Numbered from the stretch's first letter, positions 10,444-21,418 are shown. The stretch: DNA of 64,000 nucleotides from an uncultured delta proteobacterium (GCA_963794325.1 CAWCDG010000005.1:320001-384000); one strand, 5' to 3'. Program-made: numbers and translations. Notes: generated from the sequence alone by a model not told the origin.

Positions 10444-12279
10444 ATGCAGCAGGGCGAGGAAAAACAGCTCGGAGGCGCGCGCGATTACGCGCTGCTGAAG
10501 TTCGTGTGGACGTATGTGCGTCCGTACCGGCGGCTGTTCTTTCTGTCGGTGATCCTGATGCCGCTCAACTCGGCCTTCGCGCTCGCGCAACCCTACATCA
10601 TCCAGCTCATCATCGATCTCTTCCTGGCGCATCATAAGACCGCGCCGCCGGCGTGGCTGGCTGCGATCTTCCGGCATACCGGCGGTGCGAGCCTGACGAC
10701 GATGGCCCCGATTTACATTCTGCTGGTCGCGGGAGAGTTCGCGACATTTTACGCGCAGTTCTATCTGACGATCATGGTCGCACAGTATTCGCTGTCGGAT
10801 TTGCGGCTTGCCGTTTTCAACCACGTCGAGCGGCTGCCGATGTCGTTTTTCGATCGCACGCCGGTGGGCAGACTGGTCAGCCGCATGACCACCGACATCG
10901 ACGCGATTAACGACATGTTCGCGTCGGGAGCGCTGACGGTGTTCGTCGATGTGATGACGATGACGGGAATCGTGGTCATCATGTGGGCCAAGAGTCCGCA
11001 TCTGGCGCTGTGGGCGCTGATCGCGATTCCGCCGCTGCTGCTGTTCATCAACCTTTTCCGCGTGCGCGCGCGGGTCGTTTACCGGCAGATTCGCGAGCGG
11101 CTGGCGGCGGTCAATGCCTACCTTTCGGAGTCGCTGGCGGGGATGACGGTGGTCCAGCTCTTCACGCGCGAGCGCACCAGTCGTGACGAGTTCGACGTTT
11201 TGAACTCGCGCAGCCGCGATGCGCAGATGATGGCGAACATTTACGAGACCGGGCTGTTTGCCGGCGTCGATACTGTGGCATCAATCACGATCGGAGTAAT
11301 TCTGTGGGCGGGCGGCGGCGAAGCGCTCCATCGCGTGATCACGATCGGCACGCTGGTCGGTTTCATGCAGTACGCGCAGATGTTCTTCATGCCGCTGCGG
11401 GAAATTTCGAACAAGTACACCGCGATGCAATCCGCGCTCGCGTCGGCGGAGCGAATCGAGCAATTGATGGAAGAACCGTTCATCGTGTCGAGTCCCGCGG
11501 TGCCGAAATTGCCGACGGTCTCGCGCGGGTCGATCGTGTTCGATCGGGTCAACTTCGAATACCGTAAGGACGAACCGATACTGAAAGACCTGAGTTTCAC
11601 GGTCGAGCCGGGACAGAAAATTGCGATCGTCGGACCCACCGGTTCCGGAAAAACAACCATCATCAAGTTGCTGAACCGCTTCTACGACGTGCGGAGCGGG
11701 CGAATCCTGGTCGATGGAATCGACGTGCGCGAATGGGACCTGCGCGCGCTGCGGCGCACGATCGGGCTCGTGCAGCAGGACGTCTTCCTGTTCGCCGGCG
11801 ACGTGATCGAGAACATCAGGCTCGGGCTCGATCTCAGCGAATCGGAAGTGCGCGATGCGCTGCGGCGGGCGCAGGCTTTGCGCTTCGTCGAGCGCCTTCC
11901 CGACGGGCTCAACGAGCAGATTCGCGAACGCGGGGCGAACCTGTCGGCGGGTCAGCGGCAGTTGCTATCGTTCGCGCGCGCGCTCGCATACAACCCGCGA
12001 ATTCTTGTGATGGACGAAGCGACCTCGAGCGTCGACAGCGAGACCGAGCGCCTGATTCAGCTTGCACTCAACGAATTGCTTGCGGAGCGCACTGCCGTCG
12101 TAATCGCGCATCGACTATCGACGATCGAGCGGGCCGATCGGATCATGGTGCTTGGCGGAGGGATGCTGCGCGAGAGCGGTACGCATGACGAATTGCTCGC
12201 GCAGCGCGGACTTTACTACCGGCTATTCGAGTTGCAATACGCGGCGATGGCAAACAGCGACCGCCTCGTAGCGGGCTGA
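10444..12279 (+). CDS. ABC exporter permease/ATPase half transporter (MdlB-like)
   Basis: GPTGSGKT, LSAGQ and ILVMDEATS. Starts 3 bp after its partner, so a heterodimer is likely. Confidence 0.93.
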   Translation: MQQGEEKQLGGARDYALLKFVWTYVRPYRRLFFLSVILMPLNSAFALAQPYIIQLIIDLFLAHHKTAPPAWLAAIFRHTGGASLTTMAPIYILLVAGEFATFYAQFYLTIMVAQYSLSDLRLAVFNHVERLPMSFFDRTPVGRLVSRMTTDIDAINDMFASGALTVFVDVMTMTGIVVIMWAKSPHLALWALIAIPPLLLFINLFRVRARVVYRQIRERLAAVNAYLSESLAGMTVVQLFTRERTSRDEFDVLNSRSRDAQMMANIYETGLFAGVDTVASITIGVILWAGGGEALHRVITIGTLVGFMQYAQMFFMPLREISNKYTAMQSALASAERIEQLMEEPFIVSSPAVPKLPTVSRGSIVFDRVNFEYRKDEPILKDLSFTVEPGQKIAIVGPTGSGKTTIIKLLNRFYDVRSGRILVDGIDVREWDLRALRRTIGLVQQDVFLFAGDVIENIRLGLDLSESEVRDALRRAQALRFVERLPDGLNEQIRERGANLSAGQRQLLSFARALAYNPRILVMDEATSSVDSETERLIQLALNELLAERTAVVIAHRLSTIERADRIMVLGGGMLRESGTHDELLAQRGLYYRLFELQYAAMANSDRLVAG

Positions 12280-12304
12280 CGCCGGTTCGTCGAAAGTATC
12301 AGTC

Positions 12305-13405
12305 ATGATCATGCGGCCAGCGCGCGCGCAATCCCGGACGGCATATCCGATCCGTATCATCGCGCTAATCCTTGCGCCGATTCTGCTGAGCGGATGCTAC
12401 ATCGCGCGCGCCGCATACGAGGAAGGCCGAATTCTGTGGAACCGCAAGCCAATCGACGACGTGCTGGCGCGCAAAGATCTTCCGGCCGACACTCGCGAGA
12501 AGCTCGAGACGGTGCTCGCGGTGCGCAAGTTCGCCGCCGATCAACTCGGTGAAAATGTCGGTGGTGCGTATGAGACAATCGCGCAGGTGAATCAAAGCGC
12601 GGTGGTGCATGTCGTGATGGCGGCGCCGCGCGACTCGCTCGTGCCGTACACCTGGTGGTTCCCGATTGTCGGCAATGTGCCGTACCGCGGATATTTCGAA
12701 CAGAAGGACGCGCTGGCCGAGGCCGCCGCGCTCGAGGAGGAGGGACTCGACACGATGGTGCGCCCCTCGATCGCGTTCTCGAGCCTCGGATTTTTCAGCG
12801 ACCCGCTGCTGACGAATCTGCTGAAGCTGGACCGCGTCGAGTTGGCCGGCGTGATGATTCACGAACTGTTCCATCGCACCTATTACATGGCCAGCGACGC
12901 GATGTTCGACGAGTCAGCAGCCAACTACGTCGGCACCGCGGGCGCGGTCGCATTTTTCGCGGCCACCGACGGCGAGTCCGCGCCCACGACGAAAGCGGCG
13001 CGAGAGATCCTTGACAGCGACATGAAATTCGCGCGCTTCATGCTCCAGGAGCAGGCGCGCCTGCTCGACATCTATATGGCTAACCTGCCGAGTAAGGAGC
13101 TCGACCAGCGGCGCGAAGCGGCTTTCGCGGCAATCAAGGCGGACTATGCCGCGTTGGAGCCTTCGCTATCGGGACTCGAGCGCTTCGACCTCGACAAGCA
13201 GCCGCTGAACAACGCGGTGATGGTGAATTATCTGATCTACTTCCATCAGCTCGACAACTTTGCGGCGCTCAATCGGATGAATCACGGTGACTTGCGCGCA
13301 ACGATCGCGCAGATCATTTCGATTGCGAAAGCGCATCCCGACGATCCCTTCTACGCAATCTCGCAGGTGGTTCGCGATGCTCCCGCTGCTCCTGCGGGCA
13401 GCTAG
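12305..13405 (+). CDS. Putative zinc aminopeptidase lipoprotein (DUF2265 family)
   Basis: Lipobox LSGC, WWFPIVGNVPYRGYF, and zinc motif HELFH..FDESAA. Confidence 0.85.
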   Translation: MIMRPARAQSRTAYPIRIIALILAPILLSGCYIARAAYEEGRILWNRKPIDDVLARKDLPADTREKLETVLAVRKFAADQLGENVGGAYETIAQVNQSAVVHVVMAAPRDSLVPYTWWFPIVGNVPYRGYFEQKDALAEAAALEEEGLDTMVRPSIAFSSLGFFSDPLLTNLLKLDRVELAGVMIHELFHRTYYMASDAMFDESAANYVGTAGAVAFFAATDGESAPTTKAAREILDSDMKFARFMLQEQARLLDIYMANLPSKELDQRREAAFAAIKADYAALEPSLSGLERFDLDKQPLNNAVMVNYLIYFHQLDNFAALNRMNHGDLRATIAQIISIAKAHPDDPFYAISQVVRDAPAAPAGS

Positions 13406-14025
13406 CCTCTCAGCGCGTCAGCGATTACACGTGACAGTTCCGCTTCGCGACCGCCGAAGAAGTGATCGGTGCCGGCGACAATCTCGAGTCGCGCCGAGCC
13501 GCCAATTTTCGATGTGAGCGCTTGCAGACCCGCGACCGGCGAGTACGAATCGCGATCACCTGAGACCAGCAGCACCGGCTTCGATGCGCCATCCGGAATG
13601 CGCGCATCGGCCATCGCAAGCGGCAACGCGACCGCGACAATTCGCGAGATCTCGACGCGTTCGTATCCAGCGCTCACCGCGACCATCGCGCCGAACGAAT
13701 ATCCGGTCATCGCGGCATTCTCTTTGCGCACGCCTCGCTGCGCCAATAGAAATGTCATCGCAGCGACCGCATCCTCGACTTCGCCGGGGCCGCCATCATG
13801 CTCACCCTCGCTGCCCCCGACGCCACGAAAGTTGAAGCGCAACGTCGCGTATCCCGATTGCCACATCGCCTCGAGGATCGCCTCGACAACGTTGTTGTGC
13901 ATCGAGCCGCCGTACATCGGATGCGGGTGGCAGACCACAGCCGCGGGAGCGCCGCCTCCCGGATTGGCGAGCAATCCTTCCAGCATCAAATCACCGGACC
14001 GAAATGAGACCTGAATTTCGTTCAT
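13402..14025 (-). CDS. Alpha/beta hydrolase
   Basis: CHPHPMYGGSMHN, RFNFRGVG, GYSFG nucleophile and DHFF motifs. Confidence 0.9.
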   Translation of the reverse strand: MNEIQVSFRSGDLMLEGLLANPGGGAPAAVVCHPHPMYGGSMHNNVVEAILEAMWQSGYATLRFNFRGVGGSEGEHDGGPGEVEDAVAAMTFLLAQRGVRKENAAMTGYSFGAMVAVSAGYERVEISRIVAVALPLAMADARIPDGASKPVLLVSGDRDSYSPVAGLQALTSKIGGSARLEIVAGTDHFFGGREAELSRVIADALRG

Positions 14026-14116
14026 CGCGGGGGCTTCCTATAAAACTTAAACCGTCGCTTTATGTTTTTCGTAACCGCAGTTTGCGCCGGTCGGTGATAT
14101 AATACAGCCGATAGCG

Positions 14117-14572
14117 ATGGATGAAACTCCCCGCATCGCCGTTGACCGGATGCTGATGCGATTGGCGCGGTGGCTGAGGCTGCTCGGCGCCGACGTTATC
14201 ACCGACGCGTCGCTTACCGGCGCCGAGCTTCTCAAGCTTGCTCGCGCAGACAACAGAATCCTGGTGACGCGCGACAAGCGCCTTCGAACCGCCGCTGACG
14301 TCTGTTTCGTCGTGAGTAATTCCATCAGGGGTCAACTGCGCGAGGCCCTCCGCCGCTTCAATCTCGACCCGCACGTGATTGCGCTCACGCGATGCTCGCG
14401 ATGCAACACTTCGCTCGCCGCGGTCGCGCGAGAACTGGTATCGCTGCGAGTTCCGCCTTACGTTTTCGCCAGTCATGATCGATTTGCCGAATGCCTCACG
14501 TGCGGCCGCATTTACTGGCCTGAAACGCACCCAGCGCGAATGCATGCGATGCTGGATTCGATCGCGTTCTGA
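14117..14572 (+). CDS. Mut7-C RNase domain protein (DUF82)
   Basis: DRMLMRLARWLRLLGAD, RILVTRD and zinc ribbon RCSRCN..CLTCGRIYW. Confidence 0.88.
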   Translation: MDETPRIAVDRMLMRLARWLRLLGADVITDASLTGAELLKLARADNRILVTRDKRLRTAADVCFVVSNSIRGQLREALRRFNLDPHVIALTRCSRCNTSLAAVARELVSLRVPPYVFASHDRFAECLTCGRIYWPETHPARMHAMLDSIAF

Positions 14573-14573
14573 T

Positions 14574-14607
14574 AGCCGGATGAACCGCGTCCGGGCTGGC
14601 TTTTTGT
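14574..14607 (+). terminator. Possible rho-independent terminator
   Basis: Imperfect stem agccgga..tccgggct followed by ggctttttgt, right after the stop codon. Confidence 0.4.
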
Positions 14608-14691
14608 ATGCATTGCGTCAGGTAGTCTTCCGCGACTATAAGATTTATGGGGATCTTGGATTCGAGGAACTGATTAACCGGCGGGGAAAAA

Positions 14692-15966
14692 ATGTTTAAT
14701 TTCAGGGCGTTGCCATCTGCGCTCGCAATCTTGCTCCTCACTCCGCTGAGCGCGCACGCGGTCTCGCTAAGCCTCAACGGAAACAGCGCCGACCTGCAGA
14801 TGGACAATACGCAGGCAGTCTATGCCAGCGACAGCAATGGCGTGCCGGTGCTGATCACCGGAATCGGAATGAAGGCGCCCGGGGGCGGCGTCGTGACCGA
14901 AGTCGGCGTGCCATCGATGATGCCCGACGGACGCGTGATTTTCGGCGCGGAGTCGCAGCCTAAAGACACCAACATCAAACCCCGATGGAATATTTTCATC
15001 GGCAATGCCGACGCGGTCCCCAGCCATCGCATGATCACTGCGCTCAATCCGAAGGCGCTCGAGGGCGATTGCACGCCGGCCTTCAAGGGCGACCCGTACC
15101 CGATCGCGGATATGGATGAAAATATCGCGTTCATATCGGCGGTGCCGCACGGCCGCGATACGCTCTTCTTCTACTCGCACGGAAAGCTCGCCTGCATGGC
15201 GAAGGCGGGCCAGAAAACCAATGAAGGGCACGAGATCGCGGTGCTCAGTTTTGGCAGCGCCCAAATGGGTGACGACGGCCAGGTCGTGTTCACCGGGTTC
15301 CTGGGAGATAGCCTAAAGCCGAGCGGACATCATCAGGCGCTCCTGTTCGCATCGCTTGGCCGCGGCGTCTCGGAGCTGGCGGTCGAAGGCGAATACGGAC
15401 CGAATCATACGCTCTACCAGCGCCCGTTCGGATTGCCGGCTGCCCTTCCCAGTCAGCTTGGAACGATGGTCGCGTTCACCGCCAAGACTCCCACCGGCGC
15501 GGCGCTCTTTCTGTACAACGGGGGCTCGATGGCAAGGATACTGCCGACGGGCACGCTCACGAGCGTCGGCCCCGTGACTTATCTGTCAGCGGGACGGCCG
15601 GGGCTGATGGCAGACGGAACCACTGCGGTACTCGCGGGATGCGCGCGCATTCCTGCGATTTTCCGGCTGTCGCGCCAACGGCTTGACCTGCGGATCGAGC
15701 GCGGACAGCTGACTCCGTTCGGCACTGAGCTCGAGTCGCTCGGTGATCCGGTGCTGACGGCATCAGGCGCGATGTTTGTCGGGGCCACCGATTCCGACGA
15801 CCGAGAAAAACTCTTCGTGCTTTCGCCAGACGACGCGTTCTCTGAGGTCGGCGAAACAGAGTTCATCTATCGAATCGCGATGGGCGCGCAGAAGCATCAC
15901 TCGATCTTCACCGGCACCCTCACGGTAAATCAGCACGGCGACTTCGCATACCTGGGCGGCCGCTAA
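14692..15966 (+). CDS. Secreted hypothetical protein, beta-propeller-like (NxxGxxAF-type repeats)
   Basis: Signal peptide (..LSAHA). Repeats such as DGRVIF, DGQVVF and NQHGDFAY. Confidence 0.6.
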   Translation: MFNFRALPSALAILLLTPLSAHAVSLSLNGNSADLQMDNTQAVYASDSNGVPVLITGIGMKAPGGGVVTEVGVPSMMPDGRVIFGAESQPKDTNIKPRWNIFIGNADAVPSHRMITALNPKALEGDCTPAFKGDPYPIADMDENIAFISAVPHGRDTLFFYSHGKLACMAKAGQKTNEGHEIAVLSFGSAQMGDDGQVVFTGFLGDSLKPSGHHQALLFASLGRGVSELAVEGEYGPNHTLYQRPFGLPAALPSQLGTMVAFTAKTPTGAALFLYNGGSMARILPTGTLTSVGPVTYLSAGRPGLMADGTTAVLAGCARIPAIFRLSRQRLDLRIERGQLTPFGTELESLGDPVLTASGAMFVGATDSDDREKLFVLSPDDAFSEVGETEFIYRIAMGAQKHHSIFTGTLTVNQHGDFAYLGGR

Positions 15967-15984
15967 CTGCCGCTCTAGAAATCC

Positions 15985-16023
15985 GGTCCCCCTTCCCGCT
16001 CGGGAAGGGGTTAGGGGTTAGGT
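15985..16023 (+). repeat. REP-like palindromic element
   Basis: ccccttcccgctcgggaaggggttaggggttaggt forms a hairpin; its reverse complement recurs at 22227-22307. Confidence 0.8.
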
Positions 16024-16091
16024 CGCCAGTCATCCGCAGTAACTCCAGATATCACGAACGCCTTTTCTGCGTCCCCGCTTCCTGCCATTTT

Positions 16092-16760
16092 ATGCAGATG
16101 GCAGAACATCAGAAATTTATTACCCTTACTCCGAAACTATACGACTACCTGATCGCGCACGGGCACAACGGCGATCCGCTCCGCGCCGAGCTGGCCGCTG
16201 AGACCGCAAAGCTCGGGATGATCAGCGGGATGCAGATTGCCGCCGAGCAAGGTACCTTCATGGCAATCCTGGCCGGCGCGATCGGCGCGCGATCCGCGAT
16301 CGAAGTCGGGACGTTCACCGGCTACAGCGCGCTATGCGTCGCGCGCGCATTGCCCGCCGACGGCAAGCTTCTGTGCTGCGACATCAACGAACAATGGACC
16401 AGCGTCGGGAAGCCATACTGGGAGCGCGCCGGCATCGCAAACAAGATCACGCTCAAGCTCGCCCCTGCCGCGGAGACGCTGAAAGCGCTGCCCGCGTCGC
16501 ACACCTTCGATTTCGCATTCATCGATGCGGACAAAACCAGCTACGCGATTTACTACGAGGAAATCCTGAAACGGCTGCGTCCAAACGGCCTCATCATAGT
16601 CGACAATGTGCTGTGGAACGGCGCGATCATCGACGAGACGAAGCAGGACGCCGACACGCAGGCGCTGCGCAAGCTCAACGATTTCATCGCGAAAGACACG
16701 CGGGTCGAAGCCGTGATGGTCGGTATCGCAGATGGCCTGACAATCGTGCGCAAGAAGTAG
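16092..16760 (+). CDS. SAM-dependent O-methyltransferase (caffeoyl-CoA OMT-like)
   Basis: IEVGTFTGYS, FDFAFIDADK and DNVLWNG motifs. Confidence 0.92.
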   Translation: MQMAEHQKFITLTPKLYDYLIAHGHNGDPLRAELAAETAKLGMISGMQIAAEQGTFMAILAGAIGARSAIEVGTFTGYSALCVARALPADGKLLCCDINEQWTSVGKPYWERAGIANKITLKLAPAAETLKALPASHTFDFAFIDADKTSYAIYYEEILKRLRPNGLIIVDNVLWNGAIIDETKQDADTQALRKLNDFIAKDTRVEAVMVGIADGLTIVRKK

Positions 16761-16773
16761 CTGCGCGGCCGGC

Positions 16774-17286
16774 GTGAACGAACTCCGCACTGTTCGCCTG
16801 ATCGGCACGCCGGCCGGCCCGGGCGACTTCGCGGACATCCGCAGTCTGCATGGTGATCCGCGCGTGATGGCGACGCTGTCCGCTGATGGCAGAACTTTTA
16901 CGGAAGATCAGAGCCGCGCGTTTCTGGAACGCGCCTCCGATCACTGGAAGTCCCACGGCTTCGGACTGTGGATCCTTCGCGAGCAGGCCAGCGGCGAGTT
17001 CGTCGGTTACGGTGGAATCAAACACGCGATGGTCGAAGGCCAAGACGAGATCGAACTGGCGTATGCGATCAGATTCGAGCACTGGGGCAAAGGACTCGCG
17101 ACCGAGATTTCAATCGCAGCGCTGAAGCTGGGGTTCGATACGATGCACCTGGATCGAATCGTCGCCTTCACCCTCCCCCACAATAAAGCGTCGCGTGGCG
17201 TGATGGAGCATTGTGGATTCACCTACCTGCGCGACATCGTGCACGCCGGCCTCCCGCACGTCCTCTATATTCTGGAAGCTCGATGA
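16774..17286 (+). CDS. GNAT N-acetyltransferase (RimJ/RimL-like)
   Basis: HGFGLW, WGKGLATE and NKASRGVMEHCGF motifs. Confidence 0.88.
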   Translation: MNELRTVRLIGTPAGPGDFADIRSLHGDPRVMATLSADGRTFTEDQSRAFLERASDHWKSHGFGLWILREQASGEFVGYGGIKHAMVEGQDEIELAYAIRFEHWGKGLATEISIAALKLGFDTMHLDRIVAFTLPHNKASRGVMEHCGFTYLRDIVHAGLPHVLYILEAR

Positions 17287-17354
17287 AAACCTGCGTCGGC
17301 GGATTGTCCGGCTAGTGAAGGGCGTGTACACTGTGCATACAATCGAGGTAGCGG

Positions 17355-17627
17355 TTGGAATACGAATGGGATCCCAAAAAAGCCGACCGGAACCTACACA
17401 AGCACGGTGTTGAGTTCGTCGACGCTGTAGTCGTGCTCGACGATGACCGCGCGATTACGCTGCCCAACGATCATCCGAGCGAGGAGCGGTATTTGACCTT
17501 CGGCATGGATGCACAAGGACGGGTGCTGGCGCTCTCGTACGCAATTAAAGCAAGCACCATTCGCATTATCTCTGCGCGCGTAGCGACCCCGGGTGAGCGG
17601 GCGCAATACGAGGACAAACGAATATGA
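17355..17627 (+). CDS. brnT: BrnT family toxin (type II TA)
   Basis: EWDPKKADRNLHKHGVEF..EER..IRIISAR; ATGA overlap with the antitoxin. Confidence 0.9.
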   Translation: MEYEWDPKKADRNLHKHGVEFVDAVVVLDDDRAITLPNDHPSEERYLTFGMDAQGRVLALSYAIKASTIRIISARVATPGERAQYEDKRI

Positions 17628-17893
17628 AGCGGGAGTACGATCTCAGCAAGGGCAAGCGCGGAGCCGTAGTGCCTCTGCCGCCGGAAAAGATTCGGATCAC
17701 GATACGACTGGACCGCGACATCGTGGATCAATTTCGCGACCAGGTCCGTCGAGCCCACCGCGGCAACTATCAAACACTGATCAACGACGCGCTTCGAGAG
17801 CACTTGCAGCGTCCGAGCCTTGCCGAGGAAGTCGGCAAGGAAGTTCGTTCGGTATTACGCGAAGAGCTGCACCGGGCAAAAGCGACGGCCTAA
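17624..17893 (+). CDS. brnA: BrnA family antitoxin
   Basis: MKREYDLSKGKRG..KIRITIRLDRDIVDQF..YQTLINDALR (RHH). Confidence 0.9.
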   Translation: MKREYDLSKGKRGAVVPLPPEKIRITIRLDRDIVDQFRDQVRRAHRGNYQTLINDALREHLQRPSLAEEVGKEVRSVLREELHRAKATA

Positions 17894-17931
17894 CTCTTTT
17901 TCGCTAAACTTGCTTGACCGAGATTATCCAC

Positions 17932-20368
17932 ATGGACGAACGCTACGACTCCAAAAAAATCGAGCCCTTCTGGCAGGCCGAATGGGACCGCACCAATCTC
18001 TACCTCACGCGCGAGGAGCCCTGGCGCCCGAAATTTTACATCCTTGAGATGTTCCCCTATCCCAGTGGCGCCGGTCTCAGCGTCGGCCATCTGCACAACT
18101 ACGTCCCGTGCGACGTCGTTGGCCGGTACAAGCGGATGGCGGGATTCAACGTGCTGCATCCGATGGGATGGGACGCGTTTGGATTGCCCGCGGAAAACGA
18201 AGCCGTCCTGAAGGGATCGCATCCGACTGAGACCGTCCCGCGCTATGCCGCCAACTTCAAACGCCAACTGACGATTTCCGGATGCGCCTACGACTGGTCG
18301 CGCGAGATCAATTCGTCATCGCCCGAGTATTACAAATGGACCCAATGGTTCTTCCTGATGCTCCACAAGCGCGGGCTGGCCTACCGCGCGACGGGCGCGC
18401 AATGGTGGTGCGACAAATGCGGCACCGTGCTGGCCAACGAGCAGGTCATCAACGGATGCTGCTGGCGGCATACAGATAATCCGGTCAGCAAGAAGGACCT
18501 CGAGCAGTGGTACATCAAGATCACCGACTACGCTGATCGATTGCTCGCCGATCTCGACGGGATCGATTGGCCCGAACCGATCAAGCTGATGCAGCGCAAC
18601 TGGATCGGGCGCAGCGAAGGCGCGGAACTGGCCTTCCCGGTGACAGGTCGCGCCGGCAAGGAAGTCCGCTTCTTCACGACGCGTCCCGACACCGTCTTCG
18701 GCGTGTCGTTCATGGTTCTCGCGCCCGAGCATCCACTGGTCGCCGAGATAACGACGCCTGAGCAGCGCGCGAAGGTCGATGCCTACGTCGCCGAGGCGCG
18801 CCGCCAGACCGAGATCGAGCGGATGTCCACCGCAAAAGAAAAGTCCGGGGTCTTCACCGGCGCTTATGCGCACAACGTCTTCACCGACAAAGACATTCCG
18901 ATCTGGATCGCCGACTACGTCCTGATGGGCTACGGCACCGGCGCGATCATGGCGGCGCCCGGCGAGGATCAGCGCGATTTCGAATTCGCGACGAAGTACG
19001 GCCTCGACATTCCGCGGGTGACCGCACCGGCCGATGGCAGCGCACCGCCTGCTGATCGCGCATTCAGCGACCACGGCATCGCGATCAACTCTGGTTTTCT
19101 GAACGGTAAAAAAACGGCTGAGGCGATCACTGCCGTATGCGAGTACGCTGAAAAACACGGAATCGGCCGCGCGACTATCAACTACCGGATGCGCGACTGG
19201 CTGATCTCGCGTCAGCGCTACTGGGGATGCCCGATCCCAATCGTGTACTGCAAGACCGACGGAATCGTGCCGGTACCGGAAGACCAACTGCCCGTGCTGC
19301 TGCCCGCCGATGAAGGACTATCTGCCGCCGGGCACCGGCCGCTCCCCGCTCGCGAACGTGCAGGAGTTCGTCAACACGACCTGCCCCAAGTGCGGCGGCC
19401 CGGCCGAGCGCGAGACCGACACGCTCGACGGCTTCGCGTGCTCGTCATGGTACTTCCTGCGCTTCGCGTCGCCGCATGAAGACACGCGTCCCTTCGATCG
19501 CCGCGCCGTCGATTACTGGCTGCCGGTCGATCTCTACGTCGGCGGCGCCGAGCACGCCGTGATGCATCTGTTATACGCGCGGATGTGGACCAAGGTGATG
19601 TTCGACGAAGAGCTGATCGGATTCGACGAACCGTTCCCGAGTTTGCGCAACCAGGGCGTGGTGTGGGCGAGCGACGGCCAGCGGATGTCGAAGAGCAAGG
19701 GCAACGTGGTCACGCCAGACGCGATGATCGAAAAGTACGGCGCGGACGCGCTCCGGCTCTGGGAGCTGTACATGAGCCCCTTCGACGAAGCGACCAACTG
19801 GAACGAAAGCGGCGTCGCCGGCCCGCTAAGATTCATCCAGCGCGTGTGGACGATGATGCGCCGCTACGTCGAGGCTGGCGCTCCGGAGGGAACTCCCAAC
19901 GAAGAAACCCAGAAGCGCGCACACAAAGCGATCCAGCTGGTCACCGATCACATCGAGCGCCTGCGCTTCAACACCGCAATCGCCGCGCTGATGGATCATC
20001 TGAACCACCTGGCGAAGCTCAAGCCCGAAGAGATGGGCCGCTTCACCGCCGAATCATTCATCCTGCTGCTAGCCCCGATGGCGCCGCACGTTACAGAAGA
20101 AATCTGGCGCGCGCTAGGCCACACGACGTCAGTCCACCTGGAACCCTGGCCAAAGTTCGACGCAAAACTCGTACGCGACGAAATGGTCACAGTAGTAGTG
20201 CAGGTAAGCGGCAAAGTCCGCGACCGCCTCCAAGTCCCCGCCGGCACGTCCGAAGATGAGGTGCGCGCCATGGCCCTCAACAGCGAGGCCGTCAAACGTC
20301 ACCTCGACGGCAAACCGCCAAAGAAGTTCATCTTCATAAAAGACAAGATGCTCAGCATCGTCGTCTAG
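17932..20368 (+). CDS. leuS: Leucine--tRNA ligase; frameshift near 19305
   Basis: MFPYPSG, GWDAFGLPAEN, QRNWIG, DWLISRQRYWG in ORF 17914..19479; YVGGAEHA and RMSKSKGN in ORF 19310..20368. Joined span is 3n+1. Confidence 0.95.
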
Positions 20369-20478
20369 CCCGCGGGAAGACTGGGAGCGCTGGTCAGATT
20401 TCAACTACGAACCATGCCCTTGCGCATGACTCCGCCGACAGCGATCTGGATTTATACTGGGCCGTGTGCTAACCGAGA

Positions 20479-21309
20479 GTGCACAGATTAAGTTATATGC
20501 TAATCGAGAAATGGCAGACCAAGCCGCTGAAGTCCATCACTGGTTTGCTATTGATGCTATGCGCTCTCACCTTACTTTCACGCACAGTTCAAGCACAAAC
20601 ATCCTTAACCGCGTGCGAGAACAATCAGACACATAGAGTCCGTTTTCCAGCGGTTGGAAAGTCGTGCAAATCCGACGAAACTGCAATTACGCTTGAGGGA
20701 CCCGGACCGGCGGGGCCATCGGGACCGACGGGGCCATCGGGAGCACAAGGGATACAGGGACCAACAGGACCTTCTGGGGCGCCGGGCGGTTCTTCGGGAG
20801 GGCCTAGCCTCGATTTGGAAGGTACGGGTGCGCTCGTGCCGACCTCGCCGACTTGCGGAGCGGATGGCTGCCCCGGCGATCTGACCGCTTCACTAACCGG
20901 CCCGCCCTTCCAGCAATTGTCATTGGATATGAGCGTATCCGTCAGTGCGACGGCTGGCTCCGATTCCTGTTACCACACGACTGGCTTTGCCTCGATTAAC
21001 CCAGGCGGCAATCAGTCGCAGGTTACTTTTGTTGGCGAGCTGTGCCTGCCCTCCTTCTTCACATACCTGTTGAAGGGAACCGTGAACATCATTCCGGTTA
21101 ATGTCTGTCCATCCACACCACCATTGATGGTTTCGGCAGGTCAGCTCATCGCATACGGCGCCGTTCACACCCTCGGCGCAATGCCGACGCCGGGACCCAC
21201 GCCGGTGAATCCAATTCCGATGAACAACATCGGCGGCGGCGATGCCGGGGCGATCATCAGCATCATCGGATCGAGCGGACAGATACCGGCGCCATGTCCA
21301 AGCCCGTGA
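20479..21309 (+). CDS. Secreted hypothetical protein with short collagen-like Gly-X-Y stretch
   Basis: Signal peptide (..TVQA), GPAGPSGPTGPSGAQGIQGPTGPSGAPG, and a Cys-containing beta-rich C-terminus. Confidence 0.6.
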   Translation: MHRLSYMLIEKWQTKPLKSITGLLLMLCALTLLSRTVQAQTSLTACENNQTHRVRFPAVGKSCKSDETAITLEGPGPAGPSGPTGPSGAQGIQGPTGPSGAPGGSSGGPSLDLEGTGALVPTSPTCGADGCPGDLTASLTGPPFQQLSLDMSVSVSATAGSDSCYHTTGFASINPGGNQSQVTFVGELCLPSFFTYLLKGTVNIIPVNVCPSTPPLMVSAGQLIAYGAVHTLGAMPTPGPTPVNPIPMNNIGGGDAGAIISIIGSSGQIPAPCPSP

Positions 21310-21418
21310 CCACGGCACCTCGCTGCGTGTAGCTCACCGCATTCGGCACGAACCTTGAAGGACGCGCGCCGCCCGTGCGATGCTCGCAACGATACGACAT
21401 CAGCGAGGAGCGACCCAT

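Noticed and set aside
14117-14572. Mut7-C protein as a toxin or defence gene
   Set aside because: No antitoxin or defence neighbours; it is a widespread stand-alone family.
19290-19320. Programmed ribosomal frameshift in leuS or the other split genes
   Set aside because: No slippery heptamer is evident, and the same +1 offset in seven unrelated genes points to sequence error.
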